Position numbers and translations under genes: made by a program. DNA of 64,000 bases from Auanema rhodensis (lineage: Eukaryota; Animalia; Nematoda). The stretch lies in assembly GCA_964057225.1 (NCBI GenBank), contig CAXKVF010000073.1:434001-498000 (forward strand). The letters run 5' to 3'. Below, piece by piece: positions 27,808-43,647 of this stretch. Each line of letters starts with the position of its first letter. The first letter of the stretch is position 1. Under the pieces are notes generated by a model. That model was given only the letters and a program-made list of their open reading frames with translations. It did no database searches and was not told the origin of the DNA.

Positions 27808-28511
27808 TCTAATTTTGAAAACCGCATCTTTTTATCTTTCACGTGAAGCGAGTTACATACCAAGTGCACATCACGTGTACAATTAATTAGCATAAATTAA
27901 AGTTCACGTAAATTTCAAAGTCATGGTTACCATGCACCAATATCAATAAAAATTTGTTTTTAGACTAATATGGTCATGGGGAATCTAATTTTGAAAACCG
28001 CATCTTTTTATCTTTCACGTGAAGCGAGTTACATACCAAGTGCACATCACGTGTACAATTAATTAGCATAAATTAAAGTTTACGTAAATTTCAAAGTCAT
28101 GGTTACCATGAACCAATATCAATAAAAATTTGTTTCTAGACTAATATGGACATGTGGAATCTAATTTTGAAAACCGCATCTCTTTATCTTTCACGTGAAG
28201 CGAGTTACATACCAAGTGCACATCACGTGTACATTTAATTAGCATAAATTAAAGTTCACGTAAATTTCAAAGTCATGGTTACCATGCACCAATATCAATA
28301 AAAATTTGTTTTTAGACTAATATGGACATGGGGAATCTAATTTTGACAACCGCAACTCTTTATCTTTCACGTGAAGCGAGTTACATACCAAGTGCACATC
28401 ACGTGTACATTTAATTAGCATAAATTAAAGTTCACGTAAATTTCAAAGTCATGGTTACCATGCACCAATATCAATAAAAATTTGTTTTTAGACTAATATG
28501 GACATGGGGAA

Positions 28512-31500
28512 TCTAATTTTGAAAACCGCATCTTTTTATCTTTCACGTGAAGCGAGTTACATACCAAGTGCACATCACGTGTACAATTAATTAGCATAAA
28601 TTAAAGTTCACGTAAATTTCAAAGTCATGGTTACCATGCACCAATATCAATAAAAATTTGTTTTTAGACTAATATGGACATGGGGAATCTAATTTTGAAA
28701 ACCGCATCTTTTTATCTTTCACGTGAAGCGAGTTACATACCAAGTGCACATCACGTGTACAATTAATTAGCATAAATTAAAGTTTACGTAAATTTCAAAG
28801 TCATGGTTACCATGAACCAATATCAATAAAAATTTGTTTCTAGACTAATATGGACATGTGGAATCTAATTTTGAAAACCGCATCTCTTTATCTTTCACGT
28901 GAAGCGAGTTACATACCAAGTGCACATCACGTGTACATTTAATTAGCATAAATTAAAGTTCACGTAAATTTCAAAGTCATGGTTACCATGCACCAATATC
29001 AATAAAAATTTGTTTTTAGACTAATATGGACATGGGGAATCTAATTTTGACAACCGCAACTCTTTATCTTTCACGTGAAGCGAGTTACATACCAAGTGCA
29101 CATCACGTGTACATTTAATTAGCATAAATTAAAGTTCACGTAAATTTCAAAGTCATGGTTACCATGAACCAATATCAATGAAAATTTGTTTTTAGACTAA
29201 TATGGACATGGGGAATCTGATTTTGAAAACCGCATCTCTTTATCTTTCACGTGAAGCGAGTTACATACCAAGTGCACATCACGTGTACATTTAATTAGCA
29301 TAAATTAAAGTTCACGTAAATTTCAAAGTCATGGTTACCATGAACCAATATCAATGAAAATTTGTTTTTAGACTAATATGGACATGGGGAATCTGATTTT
29401 GAAAACCGCATCTCTTTATCTTTCACGTGAAGCGAGTTACATACCAAGTGCACATCACGTGTACATTTAATTAGCATAAATTAAAGTTCACGTAAATTTC
29501 AAAGTCATGGTTACCATGAACCAATATCAATGAAAATTTGTTTTTAGACTAATATGGACATGGGGAATCTGATTTTGAAAACCGCATCTCTTTATCTTTC
29601 ACGTGAAGCGAGTTACATACGAAGTGCACATCACGTGTACATTTAATTAGCATAAATTAAAGTTCACGTAAATTTCAAAGTCATGGTTACCATGAACCAA
29701 TATCAATGAAAATTTGTTTTTAGACTAATATGGACATGGGGAATCTGATTTTGAAAACCGCATCTCTTTATCTTTCACGTGAAGCGAGTTACATACCAAG
29801 TGCACATCACGTGTACATTTAATTAGCATAAATTAAAGTTCACGTAAATTTCAAAGTCATGGTTACCATGCACCAATATCAATAAAAATTTGTTTTTAGA
29901 CTAATATGGACATGGGGAATCTAATTTTGAAAACCGCATCTTTTTATCTTTCACGTGAAGCGAGTTACATACCAAGTGCACATCACGTGTACAATTAATT
30001 AGCATAAATTAAAGTTCACGTAAATTTCAAAGTCATGGTTACCATGCACCAATATCAATAAAAATTTGTTTTTAGACTAATATGGTCATGGGGAATCTAA
30101 TTTTGAAAACCGCATCTTTTTATCTTTCACGTGAAGCGAGTTACATACCAAGTGCACATCACGTGTACAATTAATTAGCATAAATTAAAGTTCACGTAAA
30201 TTTCAAAGTCATGGTTACCATGAACCAATATCAATAAAAATTTGTTTTTAGACTAATATGGACATGTGGAATCTAATTTTGAAAACCGCATCTCTTTATC
30301 TTTCACGTGAAGCGAGTTACATACCAAGTGCACATCACGTGTACATTTAATTAGCATAAATTAAAGTTCACGTAAATTTCAAAGTCATGGTTACCATGCA
30401 CCAATATCAATAAAAATTTGTTTTTAAACTAATATGGACATGGGGAATCTAATTTTGACAACCGCAACTCTTTATCTTTCACGTGAAGCGAGTTACATAC
30501 CAAGTGCACATCACGTGTACATTTAATTAGCATAAATTAAAGTTCACGTAAATTTCAAAGTCATGGTTACCATGAACCAATATCAATGAAAATTTGTTTT
30601 TAGACTAACATGGACATGGGGAATCTGATTTTGAAAACCGCATCTCTTTATCTTTCACGTGAAGCGAGTTACATACCAAGTGCACATCACGTGTACATTT
30701 AATTAGCATAAATTAAAGTTCACGTAAATTTCAAAGTCATGGTTACCATGAACCAATATCAATGAAAATTTGTTTTTAGACTAATATGGACATGGGGAAT
30801 CTGATTTTGAAAACCGCATCTCTTTATCTTTCACGTGAAGCGAGTTACATACCAAGTGCACATCACGTGTACATTTAATTAGCATAAATTAAAGTTCACG
30901 TAAATTTCAAAGTCATGGTTACCATGCACCAATATCAATAAAAATTTGTTTTTAGACTAATATGGACATGGGGAATCTAATTTTGAAAACCGCATCTTTT
31001 TATCTTTCACGTGAAGCGAGTTACATACCAAGTGCACATCACGTGTACAATTAATTAGCATAAATTAAAGTTCACGTAAATTTCAAAGTCATGGTTACCA
31101 TGAACCAATATCTATAAAAATTTGTTTTTAGACTAATATGGACATGTGGAATCTAATTTTGAAAACCGCATCTCTTTATCTTTCACGTGAAGCGAGTTAC
31201 ATACCAAGTGCACATCACGTGTACATTTAATTAGCATAAATTAAAGTTCACGTAAATTTCAAAGTCATGGTTACCATGCACCAATATCAATAAAAATTTG
31301 TTTTTAGACTAATATGGACATGGGGAATCTAATTTTGAAAACCGCATCTTTTTATCTTTCACGTGAAGCGAGTTACATACCAAGTGCACATCACGTGTAC
31401 ATTTAATTAGCATAAATTAAAGTTCACGTAAATTTCAAAGTCATGGTTACCATGAACCAATATCAATAAAAATTTGTTTTTAGACTAATATGGACATGGG

Positions 31501-34500
31501 GAATCTAATTTTGAAAACCGCATCTTTTTATCTTTCACGTGAAGCGAGTTACATACCAAGTGCACATCACGTGTACAATTAATTAGCATAAATTAAAGTT
31601 CACGTAAATTTCAAAGTCATGGTTACCATGCACCAATATCAATAAAAATTTGTTTTTAGACTAATATGGACATGGGGAATCTAATTTTGAAAACCGCATC
31701 TTTTTATCTTTCACGTGAAGCGAGTTACATACCAAGTGCACATCACGTGTACAATTAATTAGCATAAATTAAAGTTTACGTAAATTTCAAAGTCATGGTT
31801 ACCATGAACCAATATCAATAAAAATTTGTTTCTAGACTAATATGGACATGTGGAATCTAATTTTGAAAACCGCATCTCTTTATCTTTCACGTGAAGCGAG
31901 TTACATACCAAGTGCACATCACGTGTACATTTAATTAGCATAAATTAAAGTTCACGTAAATTTCAAAGTCATGGTTACCATGCACCAATATCAATAAAAA
32001 TTTGTTTTTAGACTAATATGGACATGGGGAATCTAATTTTGACAACCGCAACTCTTTATCTTTCACGTGAAGCGAGTTACATACCAAGTGCACATCACGT
32101 GTACATTTAATTAGCATAAATTAAAGTTCACGTAAATTTCAAAGTCATGGTTACCATGAACCAATATCAATGAAAATTTGTTTTTAGACTAATATGGACA
32201 TGGGGAATCTGATTTTGAAAACCGCATCTCTTTATCTTTCACGTGAAGCGAGTTACATACCAAGTGCACATCACGTGTACATTTAATTAGCATAAATTAA
32301 AGTTCACGTAAATTTCAAAGTCATGGTTACCATGAACCAATATCAATGAAAATTTGTTTTTAGACTAATATGGACATGGGGAATCTGATTTTGAAAACCG
32401 CATCTCTTTATCTTTCACGTGAAGCGAGTTACATACCAAGTGCACATCACGTGTACATTTAATTAGCATAAATTAAAGTTCACGTAAATTTCAAAGTCAT
32501 GGTTACCATGAACCAATATCAATGAAAATTTGTTTTTAGACTAATATGGACATGGGGAATCTGATTTTGAAAACCGCATCTCTTTATCTTTCACGTGAAG
32601 CGAGTTACATACGAAGTGCACATCACGTGTACATTTAATTAGCATAAATTAAAGTTCACGTAAATTTCAAAGTCATGGTTACCATGAACCAATATCAATG
32701 AAAATTTGTTTTTAGACTAATATGGACATGGGGAATCTGATTTTGAAAACCGCATCTCTTTATCTTTCACGTGAAGCGAGTTACATACCAAGTGCACATC
32801 ACGTGTACATTTAATTAGCATAAATTAAAGTTCACGTAAATTTCAAAGTCATGGTTACCATGCACCAATATCAATAAAAATTTGTTTTTAGACTAATATG
32901 GACATGGGGAATCTAATTTTGAAAACCGCATCTTTTTATCTTTCACGTGAAGCGAGTTACATACCAAGTGCACATCACGTGTACAATTAATTAGCATAAA
33001 TTAAAGTTCACGTAAATTTCAAAGTCATGGTTACCATGCACCAATATCAATAAAAATTTGTTTTTAGACTAATATGGTCATGGGGAATCTAATTTTGAAA
33101 ACCGCATCTTTTTATCTTTCACGTGAAGCGAGTTACATACCAAGTGCACATCACGTGTACAATTAATTAGCATAAATTAAAGTTCACGTAAATTTCAAAG
33201 TCATGGTTACCATGAACCAATATCAATAAAAATTTGTTTTTAGACTAATATGGACATGTGGAATCTAATTTTGAAAACCGCATCTCTTTATCTTTCACGT
33301 GAAGCGAGTTACATACCAAGTGCACATCACGTGTACATTTAATTAGCATAAATTAAAGTTCACGTAAATTTCAAAGTCATGGTTACCATGCACCAATATC
33401 AATAAAAATTTGTTTTTAGACTAATATGGACATGGGGAATCTAATTTTGACAACCGCAACTCTTTATCTTTCACGTGAAGCGAGTTACATACCAAGTGCA
33501 CATCACGTGTACATTTAATTAGCATAAATTAAAGTTCACGTAAATTTCAAAGTCATGGTTACCATGAACCAATATCAATGAAAATTTGTTTTTAGACTAA
33601 CATGGACATGGGGAATCTGATTTTGAAAACCGCATCTCTTTATCTTTCACGTGAAGCGAGTTACATACCAAGTGCACATCACGTGTACATTTAATTAGCA
33701 TAAATTAAAGTTCACGTAAATTTCAAAGTCATGGTTACCATGAACCAATATCAATGAAAATTTGTTTTTAGACTAATATGGACATGGGGAATCTGATTTT
33801 GAAAACCGCATCTCTTTATCTTTCACGTGAAGCGAGTTACATACCAAGTGCACATCACGTGTACATTTAATTAGCATAAATTAAAGTTCACGTAAATTTC
33901 AAAGTCATGGTTACCATGCACCAATATCAATAAAAATTTGTTTTTAGACTAATATGGACATGGGGAATCTAATTTTGAAAACCGCATCTTTTTATCTTTC
34001 ACGTGAAGCGAGTTACATACCAAGTGCACATCACGTGTACAATTAATTAGCATAAATTAAAGTTCACGTAAATTTCAAAGTCATGGTTACCATGAACCAA
34101 TATCTATAAAAATTTGTTTTTAGACTAATATGGACATGTGGAATCTAATTTTGAAAACCGCATCTCTTTATCTTTCACGTGAAGCGAGTTACATACCAAG
34201 TGCACATCACGTGTACATTTAATTAGCATAAATTAAAGTTCACGTAAATTTCAAAGTCATGGTTACCATGCACCAATATCAATAAAAATTTGTTTTTAGA
34301 CTAATATGGACATGGGGAATCTAATTTTGAAAACCGCATCTTTTTATCTTTCACGTGAAGCGAGTTACATACCAAGTGCACATCACGTGTACATTTAATT
34401 AGCATAAATTAAAGTTCACGTAAATTTCAAAGTCATGGTTACCATGAACCAATATCAATAAAAATTTGTTTTTAGACTAATATGGACATGGGGAATCTAA

Positions 34501-37311
34501 TTTTGAAAACCGCATCTTTTTATCTTTCACGTGAAGCGAGTTACATACCAAGTGCACATCACGTGTACAATTAATTAGCATAAATTAAAGTTCACGTAAA
34601 TTTCAAAGTCATGGTTACCATGCACCAATATCAATAAAAATTTGTTTTTAGACTAATATGGACATGGGGAATCTAATTTTGAAAACCGCATCTTTTTATC
34701 TTTCACGTGAAGCGAGTTACATACCAAGTGCACATCACGTGTACAATTAATTAGCATAAATTAAAGTTTACGTAAATTTCAAAGTCATGGTTACCATGAA
34801 CCAATATCAATAAAAATTTGTTTCTAGACTAATATGGACATGTGGAATCTAATTTTGAAAACCGCATCTCTTTATCTTTCACGTGAAGCGAGTTACATAC
34901 CAAGTGCACATCACGTGTACATTTAATTAGCATAAATTAAAGTTCACGTAAATTTCAAAGTCATGGTTACCATGCACCAATATCAATAAAAATTTGTTTT
35001 TAGACTAATATGGACATGGGGAATCTAATTTTGACAACCGCAACTCTTTATCTTTCACGTGAAGCGAGTTACATACCAAGTGCACATCACGTGTACATTT
35101 AATTAGCATAAATTAAAGTTCACGTAAATTTCAAAGTCATGGTTACCATGAACCAATATCAATGAAAATTTGTTTTTAGACTAATATGGACATGGGGAAT
35201 CTGATTTTGAAAACCGCATCTCTTTATCTTTCACGTGAAGCGAGTTACATACCAAGTGCACATCACGTGTACATTTAATTAGCATAAATTAAAGTTCACG
35301 TAAATTTCAAAGTCATGGTTACCATGAACCAATATCAATGAAAATTTGTTTTTAGACTAATATGGACATGGGGAATCTGATTTTGAAAACCGCATCTCTT
35401 TATCTTTCACGTGAAGCGAGTTACATACCAAGTGCACATCACGTGTACATTTAATTAGCATAAATTAAAGTTCACGTAAATTTCAAAGTCATGGTTACCA
35501 TGAACCAATATCAATGAAAATTTGTTTTTAGACTAATATGGACATGGGGAATCTGATTTTGAAAACCGCATCTCTTTATCTTTCACGTGAAGCGAGTTAC
35601 ATACGAAGTGCACATCACGTGTACATTTAATTAGCATAAATTAAAGTTCACGTAAATTTCAAAGTCATGGTTACCATGAACCAATATCAATGAAAATTTG
35701 TTTTTAGACTAATATGGACATGGGGAATCTGATTTTGAAAACCGCATCTCTTTATCTTTCACGTGAAGCGAGTTACATACCAAGTGCACATCACGTGTAC
35801 ATTTAATTAGCATAAATTAAAGTTCACGTAAATTTCAAAGTCATGGTTACCATGCACCAATATCAATAAAAATTTGTTTTTAGACTAATATGGACATGGG
35901 GAATCTAATTTTGAAAACCGCATCTTTTTATCTTTCACGTGAAGCGAGTTACATACCAAGTGCACATCACGTGTACAATTAATTAGCATAAATTAAAGTT
36001 CACGTAAATTTCAAAGTCATGGTTACCATGCACCAATATCACTAAAAATTTGTTTTTAGACTAATATGGTCATGGGGAATCTAATTTTGAAAACCGCATC
36101 TTTTTATCTTTCACGTGAAGCGAGTTACATACCAAGTGCACATCACGTGTACAATTAATTAGCATAAATTAAAGTTCACGTAAATTTCAAAGTCATGGTT
36201 ACCATGAACCAATATCAATAAAAATTTGTTTTTAGACTAATATGGACATGTGGAATCTAATTTTGAAAACCGCATCTCTTTATCTTTCACGTGAAGCGAG
36301 TTACATACCAAGTGCACATCACGTGTACATTTAATTAGCATAAATTAAAGTTCACGTAAATTTCAAAGTCATGGTTACCATGCACCAATATCAATAAAAA
36401 TTTGTTTTTAGACTAATATGGACATGGGGAATCTAATTTTGACAACCGCAACTCTTTATCTTTCACGTGAAGCGAGTTACATACCAAGTGCACATCACGT
36501 GTACATTTAATTAGCATAAATTAAAGTTCACGTAAATTTCAAAGTCATGGTTACCATGAACCAATATCAATGAAAATTTGTTTTTAGACTAACATGGACA
36601 TGGGGAATCTGATTTTGAAAACCGCATCTCTTTATCTTTCACGTGAAGCGAGTTACATACCAAGTGCACATCACGTGTACATTTAATTAGCATAAATTAA
36701 AGTTCACGTAAATTTCAAAGTCATGGTTACCATGAACCAATATCAATGAAAATTTGTTTTTAGACTAATATGGACATGGGGAATCTGATTTTGAAAACCG
36801 CATCTCTTTATCTTTCACGTGAAGCGAGTTACATACCAAGTGCACATCACGTGTACATTTAATTAGCATAAATTAAAGTTCACGTAAATTTCAAAGTCAT
36901 GGTTACCATGCACCAATATCAATAAAAATTTGTTTTTAGACTAATATGGACATGGGGAATCTAATTTTGAAAACCGCATCTTTTTATCTTTCACGTGAAG
37001 CGAGTTACATACCAAGTGCACATCACGTGTACAATTAATTAGCATAAATTAAAGTTCACGTAAATTTCAAAGTCATGGTTACCATGAACCAATATCTATA
37101 AAAATTTGTTTTTAGACTAATATGGACATGTGGAATCTAATTTTGAAAACCGCATCTCTTTATCTTTCACGTGAAGCGAGTTACATACCAAGTGCACATC
37201 ACGTGTACATTTAATTAGCATAAATTAAAGTTCACGTAAATTTCAAAGTCATGGTTACCATGCACCAATATCAATAAAAATTTGTTTTTAGACTAATATG
37301 GACATGGGGAA
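28512..37311. repeat. 17-mer higher-order repeat (2992 bp), about 2.9 copies: M163-179, M180-196, M197-212
   Basis: T138 (ATATCTATAAAA) at 31113, 34105, 37097; C162 (CTAACATGG) at 30609, 33601, 36593; G54 at 29621, 32613, 35605; all exactly 2992 bp apart. Confidence 0.94.
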
Positions 37312-40300
37312 TCTAATTTTGAAAACTGCATCTCTTTATCTTTCACGTGAAGCGAGTTACATACCAAGTGCACATCACGTGTACATTTAATTAGCATGAA
37401 TTAAAGTTCACGTAAATTTCAAAGTCATGGTTACCATGAACCAATATCAATAAAAATTTGTTTTTAGACTAATATGGACATGGGGAATCTAATTTTGACA
37501 ACCGCATCTCTTTATCTTTCACGTGAAGCGAGTTACATACCAAGTGCACATCACGTGTACATTTAATTAGCATAAATTAAAGTTCACGTAAATTTCAAAG
37601 TCATGGTTACCATGAACCAATATCAATGAAAATTTGTTTTTAGACTAATATGGACATGGGGAATCTGATTTTGAAAACCGCATCTCTTTATCTTTCACGT
37701 GAAGCGAGTTACATACCAAGTGCACATCACGTGTACATTTAATTAGCATAAATTAAAGTTCACGTAAATTTCAAAGTCATGGTTACCATGCACCAATATC
37801 AATAAAAATTTGTTTTTAGACTAATATGGACATGGGGAATCTAATTTTGAAAACCGCATCTCTTTATCTTTCACGTGAAGCGAGTTACATACCAAGTGCA
37901 CATCACGTGTACATTTAATTAGCATAAATTAAAGTTCACGTAAATTTCAAAGTCATGGTTACCATGCACCAATATCAATAAAAATTTGTTTTTAGACTAA
38001 TATGGACATGGGGAATCAAATTTTGAAAACCGCATCTCTTTATCTTTCACGTGAAGCGAGTTACATACCAAGTGCACATCACGTGTACATTTAATTAGCA
38101 TAAATTAAAGTTCACGTAAATTTCAAAGTCATGGTTACCATGCACCAATATCAATAAAAATTTGTTTTTAGACTAATATGGACATGGGGAATCTAATTTT
38201 GAAAACCGCATCTTTTTATCTTTCACGTGAAGCGAGTTACATACCAAGTGCACATCACGTGTAAATTTAATTAGCATAAATTAAAGTTCACGTAAATTTC
38301 AAAGTCATGGTTATCATGAACCAATATCAATAAAAATTTGTTTTTAGACTAATATGGACATGGGGAATCTAATTTTGAAAACCGCATCTCTTTATCTTTC
38401 ACGTGAAGCGAGTTACATACCAAGTGCACATCACGTGTAAATTTAATTAGCATAAATTAAAGTTCACGTAAATTTCAAAGTCATGGTTATCATGAACCAA
38501 TATCAATAAAAATTTGTTTTTAGACTAATATGGACATGGGGAATCTAATTTTGAAAACCGCATCTCTTTATCTTTCACGTGAAGCGAGTTACATACCAAG
38601 TGCACATCACGTGTACATTTAATTAGCATAAATTAAAGTTCACGTAAATTTCAAAGTCATGGTTACCATGCACCAATATCAATAAAAATTTGTTTTTAGA
38701 CTAATATGGACATGGGGAATCTAATTTTGAAAACCGCATCTCTTTATCTTTCACGTGAAGCGAGTTACATACCAAATGCACATCACGTGTAAATTTAATT
38801 AGCATAAATTAAAGTTCACGTAAATTACAAAGTCATGGTTACCATGAACCAATATCAATAAAAGTTTGTTTTTAGACTAATATGGACATGGGGAATCAAA
38901 TTTTGAAAACCGCATCTCTTTATCTTTCACGTGAAGCGAGTTACATACCAAGTGCACATCACGTGTACATTCAATTAGCATAAGTTAAAGTTCACGTAAA
39001 TTTCAAAGTCATGGTTACCATGAACCAATATCAATAAAAATTTGTTTTTAGACTAATATGGACATGGGGAATCTAATTTTGAAAACCGCATCTCTTTATC
39101 TTTCACGTGAAGCGAGTTACATACCAAGTGCACATCACGTGTACATTTAATTAGCATAAATTAAAGTTCACGTAAATTTCAAAGTCATGGTTACCATGCA
39201 CCAATATCAATAAAAATTTGTTTTTAGACTAATATGGACATGGGGAATCTAATTTTGAAAACCGCATCTCTTTATCTTTCACGTGAAGCGAGTTACATAC
39301 CAAGTGCACATCACGTGTAAATTTAATTAGCATAAATTAAAGTTCACGTAAATTTCAAAGTCATGGTTACCATGAACCAATATCAATAAAAGTTTGTTTT
39401 TAGACTAATATGGACATGGGGAATCAAATTTTGAAAACCGCATCTCTTTATCTTTCACGTGAAGCGAGTTACATACCAAGTGCACATCACGTGTACATTT
39501 AATTAGCATAAATTAAAGTTCACGTAAATTTCAAAGTCATGGTTATCATGAACCAATATCAATAAAAGTTTGTTTTTAGACTAATATGGACATGGGGAAT
39601 CTAATTTTGAAAACCGCATCTCTTTATCTTTCACGTGAAGCGAGTTACATACCAAGTGCACATCACGTGTACATTTAATTAGCATAAATTAAAGTTCACG
39701 TAAATTTCAAAGTCATGGTTACCATGCACCAATATCAATAAAAATTTGTTTTTAGACTAATATGGACATGGGGAATCTAATTTTGAAAACCGCATCTCTT
39801 TATCTTTCACGTGAAGCGAGTTACATACCAAGTGCACATCACGTGTACATTTAATTAGCATAAATTAAAGTTCACGTAAATTTCAAAGTCATGGTTACCA
39901 TGCACCAATATCAATAAAAATTTGTTTTTAGACTAATATGGACATGCGGAATCTAATTTTGAAAACCGCATCTCTTTATCTTTCACGTGAAGCGAGTTAC
40001 ATACCAAGTGCACATCACGTGTACATTTAATTAGCATAAATTAAAGTTCACGTAAATTTCAAAGTCATGGTTACCATGAACCAATATCAATGAAAATTTG
40101 TTTTTAGACTAATATGGACATGGGGAATCTGATTTTGAAAACCGCATCTCTTTATCTTTCACGTGAAGCGAGTTACATACCAAGTGCACATCACGTGTAC
40201 ATTTAATTAGCATAAATTAAAGTTCACGTAAATTTCAAAGTCATGGTTACCATGCACCAATATCAATAAAAATTTGTTTTTAGACTAATATGGACATGGG

Positions 40301-43300
40301 GAATCTAATTTTGAAAACCGCATCTTGTTATCTTTCACGTGAAGCGAGTTACATACCAAGTGCACATCACGTGTACAATTAATTAGCATAAATTAAAGTT
40401 CACGTAAATTTCAAAGTCATGGTTACCATGAACCAATATCAATAAAAATTTGTTTTTAGACTAATATGGACATGTGGAATCTAATTTTGAAAACCGCATC
40501 TCTTTATCTTTCACGTGAAGCGAGTTACATACCAAGTGCACATCACGTGTACATTTAATTAGCATAAATTAAAGTTCACGTAAATTTCAAAGTCATGGTT
40601 ACCATGCACCAATATCAATAAAAATTTGTTTTTAGACTAATATGGACATGGGGAATCTAATTTTGAAAACCGCATCTCTTTATCTTTCACGTGAAGCGAG
40701 TTACATACCAAGTGCACATCACGTGTACATTTAATTAGCATGAATTAAAGTTCACGTAAATTTCAAAGTCATGGTTACCATGAACCAATATCAATAAAAA
40801 TTTGTTTTTAGACTAATATGGACATGGGGAATCTAATTTTGACAACCGCATCTCTTTATCTTTCACGTGAAGCGAATTACATACCAAGTGCACATCACGT
40901 GTAAATTTAATTAGCATAAATTAAAGTTCACGTAAATTTCAAAGTCATGGTTATCATGAACCAATATCAATAAAAATTTGTTTTTAGACTAATATGGACA
41001 TGGGGAATCTGATTTTGAAAACCGCATCTCTTTATCTTTCACGTGAAGCGAGTTACATACCAAGTGCACATCACGTGTACATTTAATTAGCATAAATTAA
41101 AGTTCACGTAAATTTCAAAGTCATGGTTACCATGCACCAATATCAATAAAAATTTGTTTTTAGACTAATATGGACATGGGGAATCTAATTTTGACAACCG
41201 CAACTCTTTATCTTTCACGTGAAGCGAGTTACATACCAAGTGCACATCACGTGTACATTTAATTAGCATAAATTAAAGTTCACGTAAATTTCAAAGTCAT
41301 GGTTACCATGAACCAATATCAATGAAAATTTGTTTTTAGACTAATATGGACATGGGGAATCTGATTTTGAAAACCGCATCTCTTTATCTTTCACGTGAAG
41401 CGAGTTACATACCAAGTGCACATCACGTGTACATTTAATTAGCATAAATTAAAGTTCACGTAAATTTCAAAGTCATGGTTACCATGCACCAATATCAATA
41501 AAAATTTGTTTTTAGACTAATATGGACATGGGGAATCTAATTTTGAAAACCGCATCTCTTTATCTTTCACGTGAAGCGAGTTACATACCAAGTGCACATC
41601 ACGTGTACATTTAATTAGCATAAATTAAAGTTCACGTAAATTTCAAAGTCATGGTTACCATGCACCAATATCAATAAAAATTTGTTTTTAGACTAATATG
41701 GACATGGGGAATCTAATTTTGAAAACCGCATCTCTTTATCTTTCACGTGAAGCGAGTTACATACCAAGTGCACATCACGTGTAAATTTAATTAGCATAAA
41801 TTAAAGTTCACGTAAATTTCAAAGTCATGGTTATCATGAACCAATATCAATAAAAATTTGTTTTTAGACTAATATGGACATGGGGAATCTAATTTTGAAA
41901 ACCGCATCTCTTTATCTTTCACGTGAAGCGAGTTACATACCAAGTGCACATCACGTGTAAATTTAATTAGCATAAATTAAAGTTCACGTAAATTTCAAAG
42001 TCATGGTTATCATGAACCAATATCAATAAAAATTTGTTTTTAGACTAATATGGACATGGGGAATCTAATTTTGAAAACCGCATCTCTTTATCTTTCACGT
42101 GAAGCGAGTTACATACCAAGTGCACATCACGTGTACATTTAATTAGCATAAATTAAAGTTCACGTAAATTTCAAAGTCATGGTTACCATGCACCAATATC
42201 AATAAAAATTTGTTTTTAGACTAATATGGACATGGGGAATCTAATTTTGAAAACCGCATCTCTTTATCTTTCACGTGAAGCGAGTTACATACCAAGTGCA
42301 CATCACGTGTACATTCAATTAGCATAAGTTAAAGTTCACGTAAATTTCAAAGTCATGGTTACCATGAACCAATATCAATAAAAATTTGTTTTTAGACTAA
42401 TATGGACATGGGGAATCTAATTTTGAAAACCGCATCTCTTTATCTTTCACGTGAAGCGAGTTACATACCAAGTGCACATCACGTGTACATTTAATTAGCA
42501 TAAATTAAAGTTCACGTAAATTTCAAAGTCATGGTTACCATGCACCAATATCAATAAAAGTTTGTTTTTAGACTAATATGGACATGGGGAATCAAATTTT
42601 GAAAACCGCATCTCTTTATCTTTCACGTGAAGCGAGTTACATACCAAGTGCACATCACGTGTACATTTAATTAGCATAAATTAAAGTTCACGTAAATTTC
42701 AAAGTCATGGTTATCATGAACCAATATCAATAAAAGTTTGTTTTTAGACTAATATGGACATGGGGAATCTAATTTTGAAAACCGCATCTCTTTATCTTTC
42801 ACGTGAAGCGAGTTACATACCAAGTGCACATCACGTGTACATTTAATTAGCATAAATTAAAGTTCACGTAAATTTCAAAGTCATGGTTACCATGCACCAA
42901 TATCAATAAAAATTTGTTTTTAGACTAATATGGACATGGGGAATCTAATTTTGAAAACCGCATCTCTTTATCTTTCACGTGAAGCGAGTTACATACCAAG
43001 TGCACATCACGTGTACATTTAATTAGCATAAATTAAAGTTCACGTAAATTTCAAAGTCATGGTTACCATGCACCAATATCAATAAAAATTTGTTTTTAGA
43101 CTAATATGGACATGGGGAATCTAATTTTGAAAACCGCATCTCTTTATCTTTCACGTGAAGCGAGTTACATACCAAGTGCACATCACGTGTACATTTAATT
43201 AGCATAAATTAAAGTTCACGTAAATTTCAAAGTCATGGTTACCATGAACCAATATCAATGAAAATTTGTTTTTAGACTAATATGGACATGGGGAATCTGA

Positions 43301-43647
43301 TTTTGAAAACCGCATCTCTTTATCTTTCACGTGAAGCGAGTTACATACCAAGTGCACATCACGTGTACATTTAATTAGCATAAATTAAAGTTCACGTAAA
43401 TTTCAAAGTCATGGTTACCATGCACCAATATCAATAAAAATTTGTTTTTAGACTAATATGGACATGGGGAATCTAATTTTGAAAACCGCATCTTTTTATC
43501 TTTCACGTGAAGCGAGTTACATACCAAGTGCACATCACGTGTACATTTAATTAGCATAAATTAAAGTTCACGTAAATTTCAAAGTCATGGTTACCATGCA
43601 CCAATATCAATAAAAATTTGTTTTTAGACTAATATGGACATGGGGAA

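Larger units (their letters stand above)
19888..37311. repeat. Array domain C (M114-M212): strongly ordered higher-order-repeat zone marked by G4, G141, C12, A20, T23, A75, T98, C153, T172
   Basis: Small set of monomer haplotypes arranged in 4-, 5-, 8- and 17-mer units. Confidence 0.88.
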
